DNA of 57,432 nt, filler included, from Sphacelaria rigidula (taxonomy: Eukaryota): NCBI GenBank assembly GCA_964200075.2. It is 7 parts of 7 records of this genome, joined end to end, with 100 filler letters (N's around TTAATTAATTAA, not from the genome) between each part and the next. Parts side by side here need not be neighbours in the genome. Positions count along the whole stretch, not along the records: positions 8,220 to 16,338 come from CAXNAA020012227.1; positions 16,439 to 24,557 come from CAXNAA020012228.1; 5 more parts are not named here. One strand, 5' to 3'. Both the position numbers and the translations under genes were made by a program. The notes under the pieces were generated by a model, which saw only the letters and a list, made by a program, of their open reading frames with translations, was not told the origin of the DNA and did no database searches. Below are positions 10,777-24,557 of this stretch, one piece after another. Position 1 is the stretch's first letter, and each line of letters opens with the position of its first letter.

Positions 10777-11338
10777 CAAGGCTTTGCTCTGTAGGGTACG
10801 GTTTTCTGTATACCCGGGGTATAACCGTATCCGACACTTCTATACCGGTAACGACAGTTCTGTCAATAGTCTTCAAGACTTTCATACCCTTACCCGATAA
10901 TTCTGTGAGTTCTGTGAGCCTCCCGTAACGTCACCGGGGGCACGGGTATGCTCTTGATAAGATATCCGGTTGCACGGTTTTCTGTACAGCCTTCATAACC
11001 CTGCCCGACAGTTTCTGTGAGTTTTATACACCTCCCGGACCCCTGCCCGACAGTTATGTGAGTTCTGTACATAAGGTTTGCCCATACCCGGGGCGCTGGT
11101 ATGCCCTTAAAGAGATACCCGATTGCCGGTACGGTTTCTGTAAGCCTTCCATACCGTACCCGACAAATTCTGTGATTTCTGTAAGACTTTCAAACCGGTA
11201 TACCCGACAGTTTCGTAATTTCTGTAAGACTTTCATACCGGTACCCGTTATTTCTGTATGCTCTGTAAGGAAACCCATACCCACAGAACATACGCGTACC
11301 CTACAAAACACACCCGTACCCTACGGAACACAACCTTG
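10777..11338. mobile_element. MITE with internal degenerate tandem repeats (TTCTGTAAGACTTCCATACC); same family as 47034-47596
   Basis: Imperfect TIR CAAGGCTTTGCTCTGTAGGGTACG / CGTACCCTACGGAACACAACCTTG, with a paralogue in contig 6. Confidence 0.85.
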
Positions 11339-11814
11339 GCATTTCCTTGTCAATCGCCATGTCATCAGCCCTTTCATGGCCATGCAAGTGAAGTTTAGAC
11401 TAGACCACTATTAATATAGTATGTGCGACAAACTTCGTACGTCATCATAATACAGGAATAGCTCAAAGAGAAGTCTGTATCGGAAACATGAGTCCTGCCC
11501 CATTGTTTCTCACCACCCTCAGCGTTTTTTTCGGTCTGTGTACCTGTGTAATGAATGAAGACAGGTGCTGATCACGCACACGCAGGCTTGCAGAACTATT
11601 AGCTACTTTTCAAGTCATCGTCGATATGACTCGCTTTCACGTAAACATTAGAAGAAAATATGCACTTGTACAAGTACTACAAAAGGTTTCCAGCTGAATC
11701 AGGGAATTTTTGTATTTTTTTTCTGTAGTTGGTGGTTTTCAACAGTTCTTTCGCGTGCCTGCGCTCAATCCCAGTGAACGTTTGGTGCCAAAGTTTGGGG
11801 ATTGGAAGATACTA

Positions 11815-11990
11815 GGCATCCGCTCCATATTCAAAAACAAAAATCATCTCTGCACTAAACATTGAACGATTCACGGGGTGACCGGTCCACGGGGGTCTTG
11901 TGACTACCCGGCTCCACGTTCTGATCCTTGAGTGCTTTTGCTCGATCGAAGCGATCTCGTTCGTTCGCGTGAACAAATGTGGAAATATTT
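11815..11990. repeat. Dispersed repeat with an inverted homologue at about 28915-29075
   Basis: Shared blocks CACGGGGTGACC, TTTTGCTCGAT and CGTGAAC occur in reverse-complement order. Confidence 0.7.
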
Positions 11991-14900
11991 TTCTTGAATT
12001 TTTACCCACCGAGTGCGTTAGCGCCGAAAAACTGTGTTTTTTGCACCAGTGATAGTCGATAACACCCCCTGATAAACGACGTCCTTACTGCGCATCACCC
12101 CGACAACACCGGCTTGAGGATTACGTAGCATCACTCTACCGGCAAACACGTGCGGTGCAGTAGTGCAGCAACTACTATCGCCATCATCCAGCTATCAGGG
12201 GGGTACCCCCCCCATGGAATCGGGGACCCCCCCCCCTCCTCCAACCGCAGAATGAGTTTTTTGCGGCCTGGGGGGCGGTGGTACAGCCATTTCCCGATAT
12301 GGGGCACCTCGTTCCACCCACACGCGTTTGCACGGAAATGTTGACAATACGGTTTTGGCTCTAGGACCCTGATAATTAAGCGAATTTCCTCCAGTTTTTG
12401 TGGCATGCTCGTATAGTTGGTACCACAAACGTACCGAAGAAAAATTGGTGGACGTCGTTTTGTTTTGCGGGAGCTATGGCGATTCTTAAATTTCAAAATC
12501 TCATCCTGCAGATATCGGTCATCCTACACTTCTACGACGTACGGTATTTCACACCAACCTTGCACCAACTTGTTCACACCGTTGAGAGGCGGTCGAGAAT
12601 GGGGAAAATCGAAAAATGGTGTCCAAAAATCTTTTTCTTCATGTTTCTTTCCCAAAATACGGAATTGAATGGTACCTTCACCACCATGGTGTTGGCCTGT
12701 ACCCGAGCAGCCCAAAACCGAGGAGTGTGGGCATATCAGTTGTTCTAGCGGCCGCACGGAAGAGAACTTGTTGGTTGGATAATGACTTCTCAATCAAGGT
12801 AATCGATGGATAATGACTTTGGAGTAGTTAGTATAGTGGTATGGAGAGGGCCGAGTACTCAAGACGCGAACCCAATGTCGTTCTGTTTGTCCATCAAGGA
12901 AAGTTTATCACGAGTTGTAAGTGAAGCTGAATGATACCAACGGTATACATTGCCACTGTAACTTGACTGTATAATTCTAACCGGCTCGGAAAAAAAGTGG
13001 TAATTGTAACGTATCCCAGCCTGTATAAAGGCCGCTTGGACTAGGTCATGTTTCTGTGGATTTTGGGATTTTGTCTCAATCTTGTCTCAATTCTTGACTT
13101 TCGTATCATCTCAATCTTTCAGATCTATGGTGGTGGAAGTATGGATTATTTTATGTCAATCACGCATGAAATTATGAAACCATCTTCTATGGTGGCGGGG
13201 TTCACAAATATGCAGTGACGAACTGCAAAGAGATGATACTATCCCCAAGCTATCTCAGTCTAGAACAGAAATGGCGATCGCTGAAAAACATTGTGACAAT
13301 GGCTCTCATTCTACGGGTGGAAAATGGAAAATGACCGAAATATGGTGCTGTCGCCGATCAGCCAAGTTGCATAGCTACTGTTGGTCAGGTACCTTGGTGG
13401 AGCGCGCTAGCTACTTCCCTCCGCAAAAGGTAAGCGGCAATGCACTGTTGATTAATGAAGTCAGGCAATTACGCTGTTGTCTTGGTCCCATTTGTGAGGA
13501 CATGGATAGTACAACAGGCGCAAACAGGATACAAGACACCGATGCCGGCATACCGTCATGCGTGATCGATTTCCTCAGAGTTGTTCTGAGAATACGTGAA
13601 TATCTCCAACACGAGGCTTGCGGAGTACACAACGCAGTACTACCCTACAGCACCGTGGAGTGCTCCACATGGCAATGTAACGGGGAGTACCGATTCGGGG
13701 AGTGTTGCATATCCCAAGGTACATGAGACACCGCTGTTTAACCAGGAAAGGTCATTGTGTGTCGTGTCCAAAACGACGATAGCAGAAAGCTGCTGCAGGG
13801 TATGCTGTTGTGCACGGCTTCTTGTACTTTGCTCGCCTTCACCCCAACCCAAGCCCCATGTGCGGTACTCGATGCTGTCTGCTGCCCTATGAACCAGTAC
13901 GGGTAGGGAAGGAAACAGAGGCGCATATTGAGGAAATCATGCTGCCGAGTCGGAGAGGAGGTTCATTTGTCCTGCTCCACTTCTTTATTATACTGCTCTG
14001 TACTGTATTCTACTGTACTTCATCTCGTTTGTAAGGGCTGGTGCTTTAGTTGCGGGTTGCGGGTTGCGGGTTTTCTCTTCCTTCATCTGACCAAGAATGA
14101 TAGGAGAGTTCCTGGCCGGCCTCCTGCGCTCTGTGCGCTTACCTATGCGGCGCTGAAGCAACTGACGGCAACTCATGTCTCAACAGCACAGTAGTGTTGT
14201 CTGGAGCTTGATCGTACTGTTTGGTAGGTAAAGTAAAGGTCGTGAAGACTCAACGTCCTAGCTTACACTACATGCTCAAGGCTCGCAATGACCCCCGGAA
14301 AGAACAAACCGCAGGGAATAATTTGGTTTCTCGATCCTAATTCTTCACCCGGCTCGCTGCCAATAAACAGGGGCTACTCATATTGCGAGAACATTGAGGG
14401 GGTATTAGACTTCCTTGGCATACTCTACAGTATATGGTCCTGAAACCGTGGACAAATTCAGAAAACATGAGCTTAGACGTGGGCAACATCGGTCTAATAT
14501 GGGCCCCAAATCCCGTCAACTATGCGTCCACACTCGAATTAAGACAAGGGGGTGTTATACTGCGTAAGGAAAAGTATACGAGTATGAAATAATAAATAAG
14601 GGCGTGTGTTATAAAATGAAATAAACACACAAAAAAAAAGCGGCAGAATCAATTCAGTTCAAACTCGCCACCCGCCATACCCGCGCTCATTTTGCGCGTT
14701 TTGGTTCGGATCTAGGCCTCTGCTCCGTAGACTCCTCTTTTACTTAAAAATATGACTTTTGGGCCATTTATTTTTCCCGGTAATGTGGTTTTCTTGTTTT
14801 TGGTCTCTAACTCTATTTTCGGCCCCATTTTTTCATCCACCAGTCGGCCCCGTAGTCGTAAATGTTGGTTGTCCCAAGACCGCTCTTTTTGGCTCCAAAA

Positions 14901-16057
14901 GCTGAAAGGCGCCTCTTGGGCTAAAAGTAAAAAGCCTACCGAGCGAAGACCTACCGAGCGAATTGGCGAGTGCACAACAAGAAAAAATGGTGCATCTTAG
15001 CAGCCAAAGGCAAATAGCACCCCCTACAGTATCTCCAAGTTGTTCACGGTGATCACGAGATACGCTGCGTCCGATGGAGCGCCCAACAATTCACGCTGTA
15101 AATCTCCCTCAGCTCATTGATTACACGGTTGGCTTTGCGTTAGGCGGTTACGAACTGACGCAGCATTGTCTGTTTTTGGACAAACGCGCCAATCTACACC
15201 TGATTGTTCCGCAAATAAAAAATGCGACGAACGTGCAAGCGGGTGGCCGCTGCTCGCCTATTATCCCACTGCCGCCACTGTAAAAAATTCGCCGTACTGC
15301 GGTGGACTGTGGCTACCTCTGAAGGTGTCATGCATCGAGGCTTTTTGTCTGTACGTGCCGGGGTATGCAGTGACATGTCGAGCACACGCTTTGAACTGTG
15401 ACATATTTTAACCGTCGGACTTGTATCTGATTGATATGGCAGTTAATTGCGTCGCATGTTTGATCGAAAAGGCTTAAGGGTACTGCATTGTTTTGGATAT
15501 TTTCAGTAGAATGCGCAGAAACAAGCAAGATGAAGTGAAACAAAATAGGAGCATGAAGGAAGTCTCCCTGTCAGATCGGAATTTCACGATTCCGCCGGTC
15601 ATTTTTCGCTTGGCCCTTTATTTTTCTCGTAAGACACGCCCGAATAGGCCTAAGGGGTGTCTCGAAACGAACTTCGATCGAAAACCGAAGTTATTAAATA
15701 TAGAGAGCTGTGATTGGCCCACTGCCCTAGGAAAATCTCAACTCTCACCCGAAATCGAAAAGTCAAAACAGTGCTTGTAGTAGAGTGGGGTACAAAGCAG
15801 GGTTTATTGAGTGTCCATATCCTGACATCTAGTGTGGAGTATTCCGGCCATCCTGGTAACCCTAGAGCGCCGAGTATTTCCGACGGTCGATACCCTGGAT
15901 TCCGTGGAATACTGAGTTTTTTCGGCGGTCGACACCGCACGTACGCTGAAGCACTGGGTACCTCAAATACCCTGATAATCGAGGACACCCTGGGCTATAT
16001 GCCCTTCTCGCGCCCTATGCGCACAAGGAGACAGTGATGCGGAGATAGCCCCCCCGC

Positions 16058-16250
16058 AAACCAGCCCCCAAAACTGTCACGAAGAAAATGGCCATATATC
16101 GCATGATCTCTGGTTTCAGAACTGCATGAAGCACCTACTTTGAGCGACACTGGCGAGAATGATCCCAAGCTTGACAGCCTCCCGCTGCTCGGTGCGCTCG
16201 GCTTTTGCCATCTTGATTCGCGTGTAGATTTTACCTCCTCACACCAACGA
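16058..16250 (+). repeat. About 190-bp dispersed repeat, diverged homologue at about 16514-16705
   Basis: AACCAGCCC..AAAATGG..ATGAAGCACC..TGGCGAGAA..CCCAAGC..GCTGCTCG.TG.GCTCGG.TTTT.CCAT is collinear in both copies. Confidence 0.75.
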
Positions 16251-16739
16251 TTTTTCTTAGGGGGGGGGGGGGGGGGGGGTTCTTTGGGTTATACCAGGGG
16301 ATCAGCTCACTTTTTTCGACACAGGGGTGGGCGGGGGGNNNNNNNNNNNNNNNNNNNNNNNNNNNNNNNNNNNNNNNNNNNNTTAATTAATTAANNNNNN
16401 NNNNNNNNNNNNNNNNNNNNNNNNNNNNNNNNNNNNNNCCGAAAAAGACCCACGCCACATAGAAAAACACCTAGAACAACCAAAAAATAAGTACGCCCCC
16501 CCCCCCCCCCCTAGAACCAGCCCAAAAGTATCGCGAAAAAATGGTCATACAGCGCCTGATTATAGGGTTTAGGCTGGATGAAGCACCCTCGTATGGGTGA
16601 CATTGGCGAGAACGAACCCAAGCATAGGAATTCCCAGCTGCTCGTTGTGCTCGGTTTTTCCATTTCGATTAACGTGAACATCTTGCCTCCCCCAATCAGG
16701 CACATTTTTCGGGGGGGTGCTATCGTGGAAAGTGTCACA

Positions 16740-17025
16740 CCTCGTCGGCGAATGATTCCCCCCGTGAAAAAAGGAGCTCTACTGAGCCCGGAGACGATGG
16801 TGACTGGTAGTCGGACGGAGTGCTTGTTTCCTTGCTGATCTGTGACGAGAACGCGAAGGATGCTTCCTGCGGTCCCGTGGAGGAGACGATGTCCTGCCGC
16901 AATGATGTTCATGGGGGGGGATCAAATGCCATGTAGTTGAACATATCGTGTTCAAAATTACTGAACAATCGACTGTCCAAGAATTGACGGGAAGTCCCGC
17001 TATTCATGACCACGGATAAGGTCAC
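16740..17025 (-). pseudogene. Ty1/Copia pol fragment (degenerate protease and the following beta-barrel region)
   Basis: VTLSVVMNSGTSRQFLDS (DSGAS-like), then PMNIIAAGHRLLHGTAGSILRVLVTDQQGNKHSVRLPVTIVSGLSRAPF, which resembles the Copia ...VPGLGRNLFS segment. Confidence 0.7.
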
Positions 17026-19619
17026 GTTTCATCGATTTAATTGATGCAAGATATATATATATACACAAGCCGCACGGGACCCGGGGCTGCGTCCCGGTCC
17101 CGTCCGTCTTTTTCGAGGGTCTCGGTATTTTTGCCTTGCCAAGCCCTCGTGGGAATAGTTCCTCTCTAGAAATATTCATCTTGCATATAAAACAAAAACA
17201 CTCCTAAACTCCTCCAGGATTGCGGGTATGAACGACGAGCAAAAGTGGGTGTTTAAGACAGCAGTAGAGCGGGGTGTGCTAGATGCTCGTTGCGCAGTTG
17301 GTTCCTTCACGATTACTGTGAAAAACAAATCATGGAAACAGGAGGTGAAAACTCTCTCTCGATTTGCTACTTCAGCAGCAGCGGTGAACATCGAACTGAG
17401 ACGTATCTTTGTTCCCACCGCACAAACGGGGTCGTCCTTCCAGTCGTTCGACCTCCCCGCACCCGCTCTATATCAATAGCGGGGGTAACACTATCGCCAG
17501 AATCCCCCCCGAACCCGCTCTTCATTTATATTAGGATTTATAGTCCCGGTAGGCTATCTTCCTTCGCCCGCTCTATGTTTATATCAGGGTTCATAGTGCT
17601 GATAGACTACCTTCCTGCACGCGGCAATTGACGTAAATTGAGATTTTGATCCCTGGGGATTGTCCTTGCACCTGTTTGAGCTCCTCGCCCCCCTTCCCCC
17701 CCCCTCTGTTTAGTTTTAGGTGGTCAATGGTCAAATGACTAAGGCAAGCAACAAATGAGTACGCCCCCCCCCCCCGCCCCTCTGTTTAGTCAGCGCACAT
17801 CGAAATGAAGCGAACGTTTCGGAGAGAACACGGGCAGCAATGCGTACCCACGCCGCGTCGTGAGCTCCGTCGATTTTTCCGCGCGTCCGTCCGGGAAAAG
17901 GGGGAGAGCGTCGCGAGCCCCGCGGAATTTTCCGAAAATATACAGCTTCGAATACATCTGTTTGATACCCGGCTGAACCGCTCGCTTCATCATTTCGATG
18001 CGCGCTGACCATAGCACAGTACAGCGTCGCGACCTCCGTTCAATTTTCCGCGGGTGTACTGCAGCTCAACATTTTAGCATGAGCACACGCACCCGGATGA
18101 GATCGCACAACGTCACCTTGGAGCGCTGTACTGTACTATGCACTGCTTCTTGTGCTATCTTGTAAGATACGTGTGTGTGGTATGCTGCATTTTGCCAGAC
18201 TGTGACAATCTTGCGAGCATCGAACCTTAACTGTGCCGCTTCACAAACATCTTGTACTCAGTGTAGTACGGTTTTACCGGCTGTCATTGTTTGCATCCAC
18301 TTCGATCCGCATTCTCGTGTGAACACGAACAGACAGCCTGTCACGGCTTCAGTCGCGTCCCCCGTTGATACTGTATGAATAGAGCTGGTTTTGACCTCTT
18401 GAAAAAGTATGCGCCTCTTTCCATTTGCTACTCCAGCAGCAGCGGCGAAGATCCAACGGAGAAGCATCTCTGTTCCAACTCCACAAACATCTTGTACTCA
18501 GTGTACTACACTTTATTATATCTTATACATCACTGGCTGTGAAAACACGGCACCTGCAGCTGCCCTGCACGTGTGTTGTAAAACAGACGACCTCCCGACT
18601 AAACCTAATGCTCCCCTGCGCACGCGTGCAGCAAATGCTCATCACGGTGCCGGATAGTACACCGCTAGGATGCTCACAGTACTTTCGGGAAAGATCCAGA
18701 CCCTCGATTACTTCATTTTGGATCTCGGTCTTTCCCAGCGTGCCTGTGTTGTGTGTCTGAACGTCGGCGTTGTATCCCTCGCTGGCTGTAGATGCCGCTG
18801 GAAAAAAACCCAGGCAGGCGGTTCGATAGGCTCTGCATACAGTCATCGTTGTGTGATAGCTCTGACTCCACGTTAGCTTGGAGCGCCGTAGTATTGCAAT
18901 TCGTACTGCTTCTTGTCCGATGCCGTGAGACACATGCTTGAGGTGTGCTGCACTTTGGAACAGCAGCGCCCTTCACCATAAACAAATCATGTTAGACGGT
19001 TGGCGTTTGTCGACGACGTGATCGGACCGGTCGCGATTCCGAAGTTCGTTCGAACGGTCGTGAACGCAATCGTGTGATCATCTCGCTCACACGCACACGC
19101 ACACAAAATCTAGCACGAACGCGCGCACGGAACCCCTAGCATTGGCGTTCGCCCGAACAGTCATCCCCCAGGGCGGGCGCGGAGGAACGTGCATACTAAT
19201 TCCAGCATAAATCGCGCACACGCCTCCTCACAAAGTATGCTCCGCGCTCGTGCGTCCAAAATACTCTATACATATACTATATATACTGCACCTTGGTACA
19301 TAGCCGAATGTCAAGTAGAAATTGACAGATAAGCTGTAGAGTCAATATCGTCGATGCCGTCAGGGCAGCATCTCGTCACGGTGTTAACCCGGATGCCGAA
19401 GGCCAGCATAGCGTGCGCTACGGATCTTCGAGTATCTCAACTCCATGCGCGACCTCGTTACCACCTACGAAATAAATTCGGGGTTGGGCTTGGTGGCAAA
19501 AGCTGATGCTGATCTAACTAAGTTTCAAGGATACGTGTTCGGTGTAGGGACGGTGCACTTTAACCCGGTGGTGCCGTCAGACGCTTCTTTCAGAGAACAC
19601 ACACAAAAAAAGGCAGCAT

Positions 19620-19834
19620 TAGAGAGTTTCGGAAAACGTTTTTTTTTTGGTTATTTCAGAGTGCAAATATCTCAGGATCAGAGTGTAAGGAAAAAAAAAT
19701 TCCTTCCCCCTCGGTCAAATGTGGTATCCCTCTTCAACTTTTTTTCGGTGAGGTGTTTCTTTTTTAATTCTACACTCTGGTCCTGAGATATTTGCACTCC
19801 GAAATGACGAAAATGCGTTTTCCGAAACTCTCTA
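19620..19834. mobile_element. Foldback MITE with about 70-bp inverted arms, TA-flanked
   Basis: TAGAGAGTTTCGGAAAACG...AGTGCAAATATCTCAGGATCAGAGTGTA versus TACACTCTGGTCCTGAGATATTTGCACT...CGTTTTCCGAAACTCTCTA. Confidence 0.85.
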
Positions 19835-20758
19835 TTATCAAGTACTGAGGCAGTGCACATGACAATGGGCGACGTAGTGAAGGAGGCGGTTTGTCTTGAC
19901 CCTGTGACCGTCATAGCGCGTCGTATGCCCATGGGAATCACTTCCCAGACGAAAAATGAACATGATACCCAGATCGCCCACCCTTTCGGTTGAAGGGTCG
20001 CACGCGGGGTTTGGATTCCATGCAGCGAGAGAAGGGCGAGATCTGCATTCCTTGTACTGGGTTAGAGTATCCCTAGGGATCAATTCAATTTTTTCTCCGG
20101 AAATAGTGATCGTTTTGATGTGCAGCCCCGTTACTCGAAAGATTTGGTTGGGGACGGCATCAATGACGTAACGTACGTCCCGTGGGATGGTCAACATGCA
20201 GACGTGAGACGTGTTTCGTCTTTGAACCACTCTCTGGTCACTGCGGGTTCATCAGCGAGTTACAGCGTGTTGGCGTCCGACGCCAAATGAACCCAGCAGC
20301 ATCCAGTGAAAATAATATGCCCTCAAAATCTATGGAACGGTTTCTCAGTATGCTGTATTGCGTTCCCGGCAGTTACCCCTGCCCCCCCCGTGTTGTTGGA
20401 GGTGTCTCTATCAGGAATAAGGACGGTGCTCCGTCTCGAAAGGGATGCGTGGTTAATGGTCGAATGAATGAGGCAAGCAACCGATGAGTGCGCCCCCGCC
20501 CCCCTCATGCACCCAAAGCTCTCACCTCCCCCCACCCCTGCGAATCTCATGGATATCAAGGCACCCAGCCTTGCCAGACCCTCTGTACCATGCAAAGAGA
20601 CGTACAGGTTGGTTCCACTACCTGAACCCCCCCAAAGCAACTCCGATGCACATACGACGAACAACAACAACAAGCAGCGCGATAAGTAGGCTTCCTGCGA
20701 CGGCGTAGCCAACGTGGAGCGCGCTGTCCGCTCTGATGCAGTAGAGTTGATCGTTGTT

Positions 20759-21051
20759 GGGCTACAAATGTCCATGGTTGACACATTGCTTGCTTTGAGT
20801 GTGTATGTACAACGAGAATCGGATCTTTAGTACGGCTGACAGTCCCGTGTGCCCCTGGCGTGCGCTGAACGCGTTTTCGTCGAAATCGGCGGGACAGACG
20901 CCGATTCAGGGTCTACCAAGGCCGCCCTTCGCCTAGGGAATACTGTGTACCTACCGCCCTTGCCCGAGGGTTCTCGGTATGCGTTGGGTGAGGGTTGGGG
21001 TTAGGGGTAGCGATACTAGTAAAATGCGTCAACCATGGACATTCGTAGCCC
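20759..21051. mobile_element. MITE with 29-bp TIRs; internal sequence related to about 10278-10465
   Basis: GGGCTACAAATGTCCATGGTTGACACATT / AATGCGTCAACCATGGACATTCGTAGCCC (2 mismatches). Confidence 0.85.
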
Positions 21052-22264
21052 AACGCCGGTTCACTAGCCTCCTTTGATTGGCCGTTCAGATACCGTAATT
21101 ATTTCGAATTATCTTGGACAACAAATACGACCTGGTCGAGGTACCACCAGGTGGTGGCGGTTTGGTACAACAATGAAGATACCCGAATTCTTTCCCGACT
21201 GCGCTGAACATTGGTGGATGTGTAGCTGCTGGCACCGCGGCGACAGGAACGATGGCCTGTTTCGGCTTCTAACTCGTTGCCGTTCGGGAGTGATGACCAG
21301 AAATATTTTCGGCGAAAAACACCTAAAATGGAAAATCTACCTATCTTAGGTTTATCTTATTCGCTCGAGGTCTAAGAGTTGGGCCGTCAGACTCTGAGCA
21401 GAGGAACGCCGCGACTCTTCCAAGGCCATGCCCTGTGGGTGTTTTCCATCGATACCCTTTTTGTTTCTGGGAAAAAAGCGGATATGTATCTCGGAAATTC
21501 CCTTAGATCGACCCGACAACGAAAAAAGAGAGGCGCAGTCAACTACACCCCTAGGCATGGCGTTCCAATGGTGGGTGCGCTCCAGCCCTCAAAACCAGGT
21601 CTCAACTGTTGAACCTGAAGTGACAGTCGCTCGAGTCACTCATTTAGCTCGCAACATTGTAGGTAGGATAAAACAACGTGGAACAACAAAGTGTTGAGGA
21701 AAAATGTGACAATGATCATTTCAGTCGTACGCGGTTACACGATTTTATTTTTTCGCAGTCTTCAGACAAAACCACGGGGAGAACATGAATAATGGTATGC
21801 ACTGGGCACACCGTAAGAAAGCCGGCAACTGTGTCTTTCCGACGATGTTGTTTTCGTCCTCAGGCGTGTCGTACAGCGTGCAAGAGGCTAGGATGGCAAT
21901 GACAGCACTATTTTTCGTATGGGGGAAGGAATGCCATACCCACATCCCTGAAGAAACATGAAAGCGGCATATCGACGAAAATCGTGGAATATGACCGAGG
22001 AAGCTCAAGTAAACCGTTATTCTGATTTTGAAAATGCGCTCGAGATATTCCCAGCTGAAGTTGGGGGGCTTCAGATTACAGCGTATGCCACAGCGATGCC
22101 CCGCATAAGAGGAAGGAAAACAGCAGCGCCTCCTGGCACTGCGCCGAAGGTGGCGAGAAGAGACAAGCCACTCGTATATGCCAAGCAGGAGATGAAAAGA
22201 CGTGAAGAAACAGTCGCTCGCCGAAAGGCAGCCGTTGCTGAGGAGGAGGCAGCTATTGTCGAGG

Positions 22265-22600
22265 ACTGTGTACTCGATTATACTCCGTATACTGCACTGT
22301 ACTGCATGGTGCTGCTTGTGCTGTATACTCGGCCACTGCATGTACCGTTCAGCATTGTACTGCGCTGCTTTTACTGCATCCTCAATTTATACTGCGTGTA
22401 CTGCACTGTGCACTCAATTTTTCTGCGTGTACTGGGCTGCCTGTACTGTATATACTCAATCATACTGCGTGTACAGCATTATGCTGGACCGTACAATCTG
22501 TACTGGGTACTCTCCTGGTCGCACATGCTCGGTTTACTCTGCTATACTGCATGTACTGTACTGATCTCACTGTGTTGTACTATGCTGGTGTCTGCAAGGG
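22265..22600. repeat. Low-complexity TACTG/GTACT-rich tract
   Basis: Repeated TACTGC and GTACTG units. Confidence 0.8.
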
Positions 22601-22714
22601 GCTTTCTATGCTGTCCCCTTGTCCTGAAAAATCTGTTTTCAAATGAATTGGCGTTCCAAGCTGCTCATCTACTGATGGTTATTATAGAACGATAGATTTT
22701 CGACATCAACACGC

Positions 22715-23160
22715 TGTCGTTTGTTGAATTTGACGTCAACGTGCCCGAGATTTGGCATGCCATATCTCAACCCCTGAACCAGGATTGGAAGGACATGAAG
22801 AGGAAAAAGTCACGACATGTCCCCCATTTTCTCGTGTACATTTTGCTTTTGTTTTTTTCAGGGTGGGCGGCGATCGGGTGGACCATGCGGTTGATCAGAG
22901 TTATCGTTTGTTGAATTTGACGTCAAGACGCCGAAAGTATGGCATAAAATATCTCAAACCCTGAACCAGGATTGGAGGGACACCAACAGGAAAAAAATCA
23001 CGACATATCCCTTAACTTCTTGTGGTGTATTTCGTTTCTTCGTGTACTTCCTGCTGGTCGGTGATTGCGTGGATCGTGAGGTTCATCAGAGCTATCGTTC
23101 GTCGAATTTGACAACACGCAGGAGATATGGCGCGTCATACAGTATCTCACCTCGGGTTGC
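22715..23160 (+). repeat. About 185-bp tandem unit, roughly 2.5 diverged copies
   Basis: TCGTTTGTTGAATTTGACGTCAA...ATATCTCAA.CCCTGAACCAGGATTGGA recurs near 22717 and 22904, and partially near 23096. Confidence 0.8.
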
Positions 23161-23329
23161 TCATCAACGTTTTGATCAGGGTCGGTTATGACTAAAACGT
23201 TGATTTCATTATGCATCAATATGACCTCGATTTGTATGATGATTATTAGTTGATTCCTCTCACCTGGTCAACTTGAATCAACTACTGTAGGTCAAAATGG
23301 CTTTGATTAAACTTGATTTGTGTTGATTT

Positions 23330-23400
23330 TTTTTTATTTGATTTTGATTGCTTGTCGCAATTTACCTGCCCCCCAGGAATCCAGCCGTGGTCTCATGATG
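23330..23400. repeat. About 70-bp dispersed repeat (GACCACGGCTGGA..GGGGG..TGCGACAATCAA); copies at about 25607-25672 and 51688-51751
   Basis: Three copies in three contigs; this one is inverted. Confidence 0.75.
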
Positions 23401-23493
23401 GACGTACGCGAGAAAAAACAAAACTGATACACTCGCTGAAAAAAAAAAAAACTGAAACAGAAGAAGTAGAACAGAACAGCATAGTAGACTATA

Positions 23494-24557
23494 CAGGCTG
23501 GTTCACGCATATCACCCAAAAAACACTCATCGCAAAACTTCACGCCGTTTAAAGGAGTTACACCCTGAATTGTTGCACGAATGTTCTATGGGTCATTACG
23601 CAACTTTGCAGGTACGGGGTTTTTCGACTTGTCGACCTGTTTCACCGATTTTCGGGGGTCCCATTTTTTTTGGGAAACCTCGACCCAATCGGACCCCCTT
23701 AAAACGGCAACAAAAAAAAAAATCGAAAACCCTCGTTCCTGCAAAGTTGCGTAATGTTCCAAAGTACAGTTGTGTAGAATTTCAGGGTCTAACTCCTTGA
23801 AACGGCGTGAAGGTTTTGGCCTTTGTGCGATGAAATTTGCCGTACCGCGGTGAAACCGCAAACTACTTGATTTGAGTACCAAAACGGCGTTTTTGGGCCT
23901 TCTCTGACGTGATCATGGAAATTTAAGCATCAGTTGATCGATTTTTGCGACAAAAATTTGCGGAGCCCATTCTTGGGTTGTGCGGAGGCAGATAGTTTGC
24001 GAAAAATTGAAAAAAAATATCGTAGTGCCGTTTTTCCGGGGTCCCAGAATGGAGACTACTTCGAAAAACGACTTCGATCTCGTCGGACCCCCGAAAAACG
24101 GTGAAAGTATCAAGAAGTACAAAAAACATCGTCCGTGGAAATTTTTGTAATGATACATAGCATATTGATGCGAAGTTTCAGGATATAACTCCTAATGACA
24201 GCGTGAAAGTTTGCGTGGTTGTGGAGGACGTGGCCTTGAAACGTGCAACTCCTAGCTACTTGGTTTTAGTATGGAAACGTCTTTTGGGGTGAATTTGACG
24301 TCAAGGCAAGAAAAACTGTATGAGGTTTTCGAGTTTCTCCCCCAAACTTTGTACGTGTGTTTGTTGGACTCTCCCGGGGCGCATCATTTCATTATTTTTC
24401 TTTCAGGGCATTCTGTACCGCCTTCCGGGGGTCTTCATGCTGGGACCCCCGGAAGCCGGTAGAGAACGGAGAAAACATTATATATTGTCAAGAATACAAT
24501 TTTTTTATTTCGAGCATCAATACCCACGGAACTGCCGAGTTTGAGGGCGATCTGAGC
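23494..24557 (-). mobile_element. Second, inverted copy of the 4642-6164 transposon, cut by the contig end
   Basis: Begins TA|CAGGCTGGTTCACG. The reverse complement aligns collinearly with about 5098-6164, with shared blocks such as TTTCTCCGTTCTCTACCGGCTT and GGAGTTAGACCCTGAAATT. Confidence 0.9.

Noticed and set aside
10777-11338. Repeat-spacer-like pattern suggesting CRISPR
   Set aside because: Units are degenerate with no unique spacers and no cas genes, and the block is bounded by TIRs, so it is a MITE.
13271-13892. Overlapping ORFs as a host gene
   Set aside because: No recognisable motif or consistent splice structure.
16058-16705. Similarity between the end of contig 2 and the start of contig 3 as a true overlap
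   Set aside because: The copies are heavily diverged and not terminal overlaps; this is a dispersed repeat.
20988-21010. Telomere-like GGGTTGGGGTTAGGGG
   Set aside because: Only one or two imperfect units, inside a MITE.
21958-22695. 245-aa ORF as a real membrane protein
   Set aside because: The C-terminal half is a translation of TACTG low-complexity DNA, and the N-terminal half has no recognisable family (possible TE fossil).
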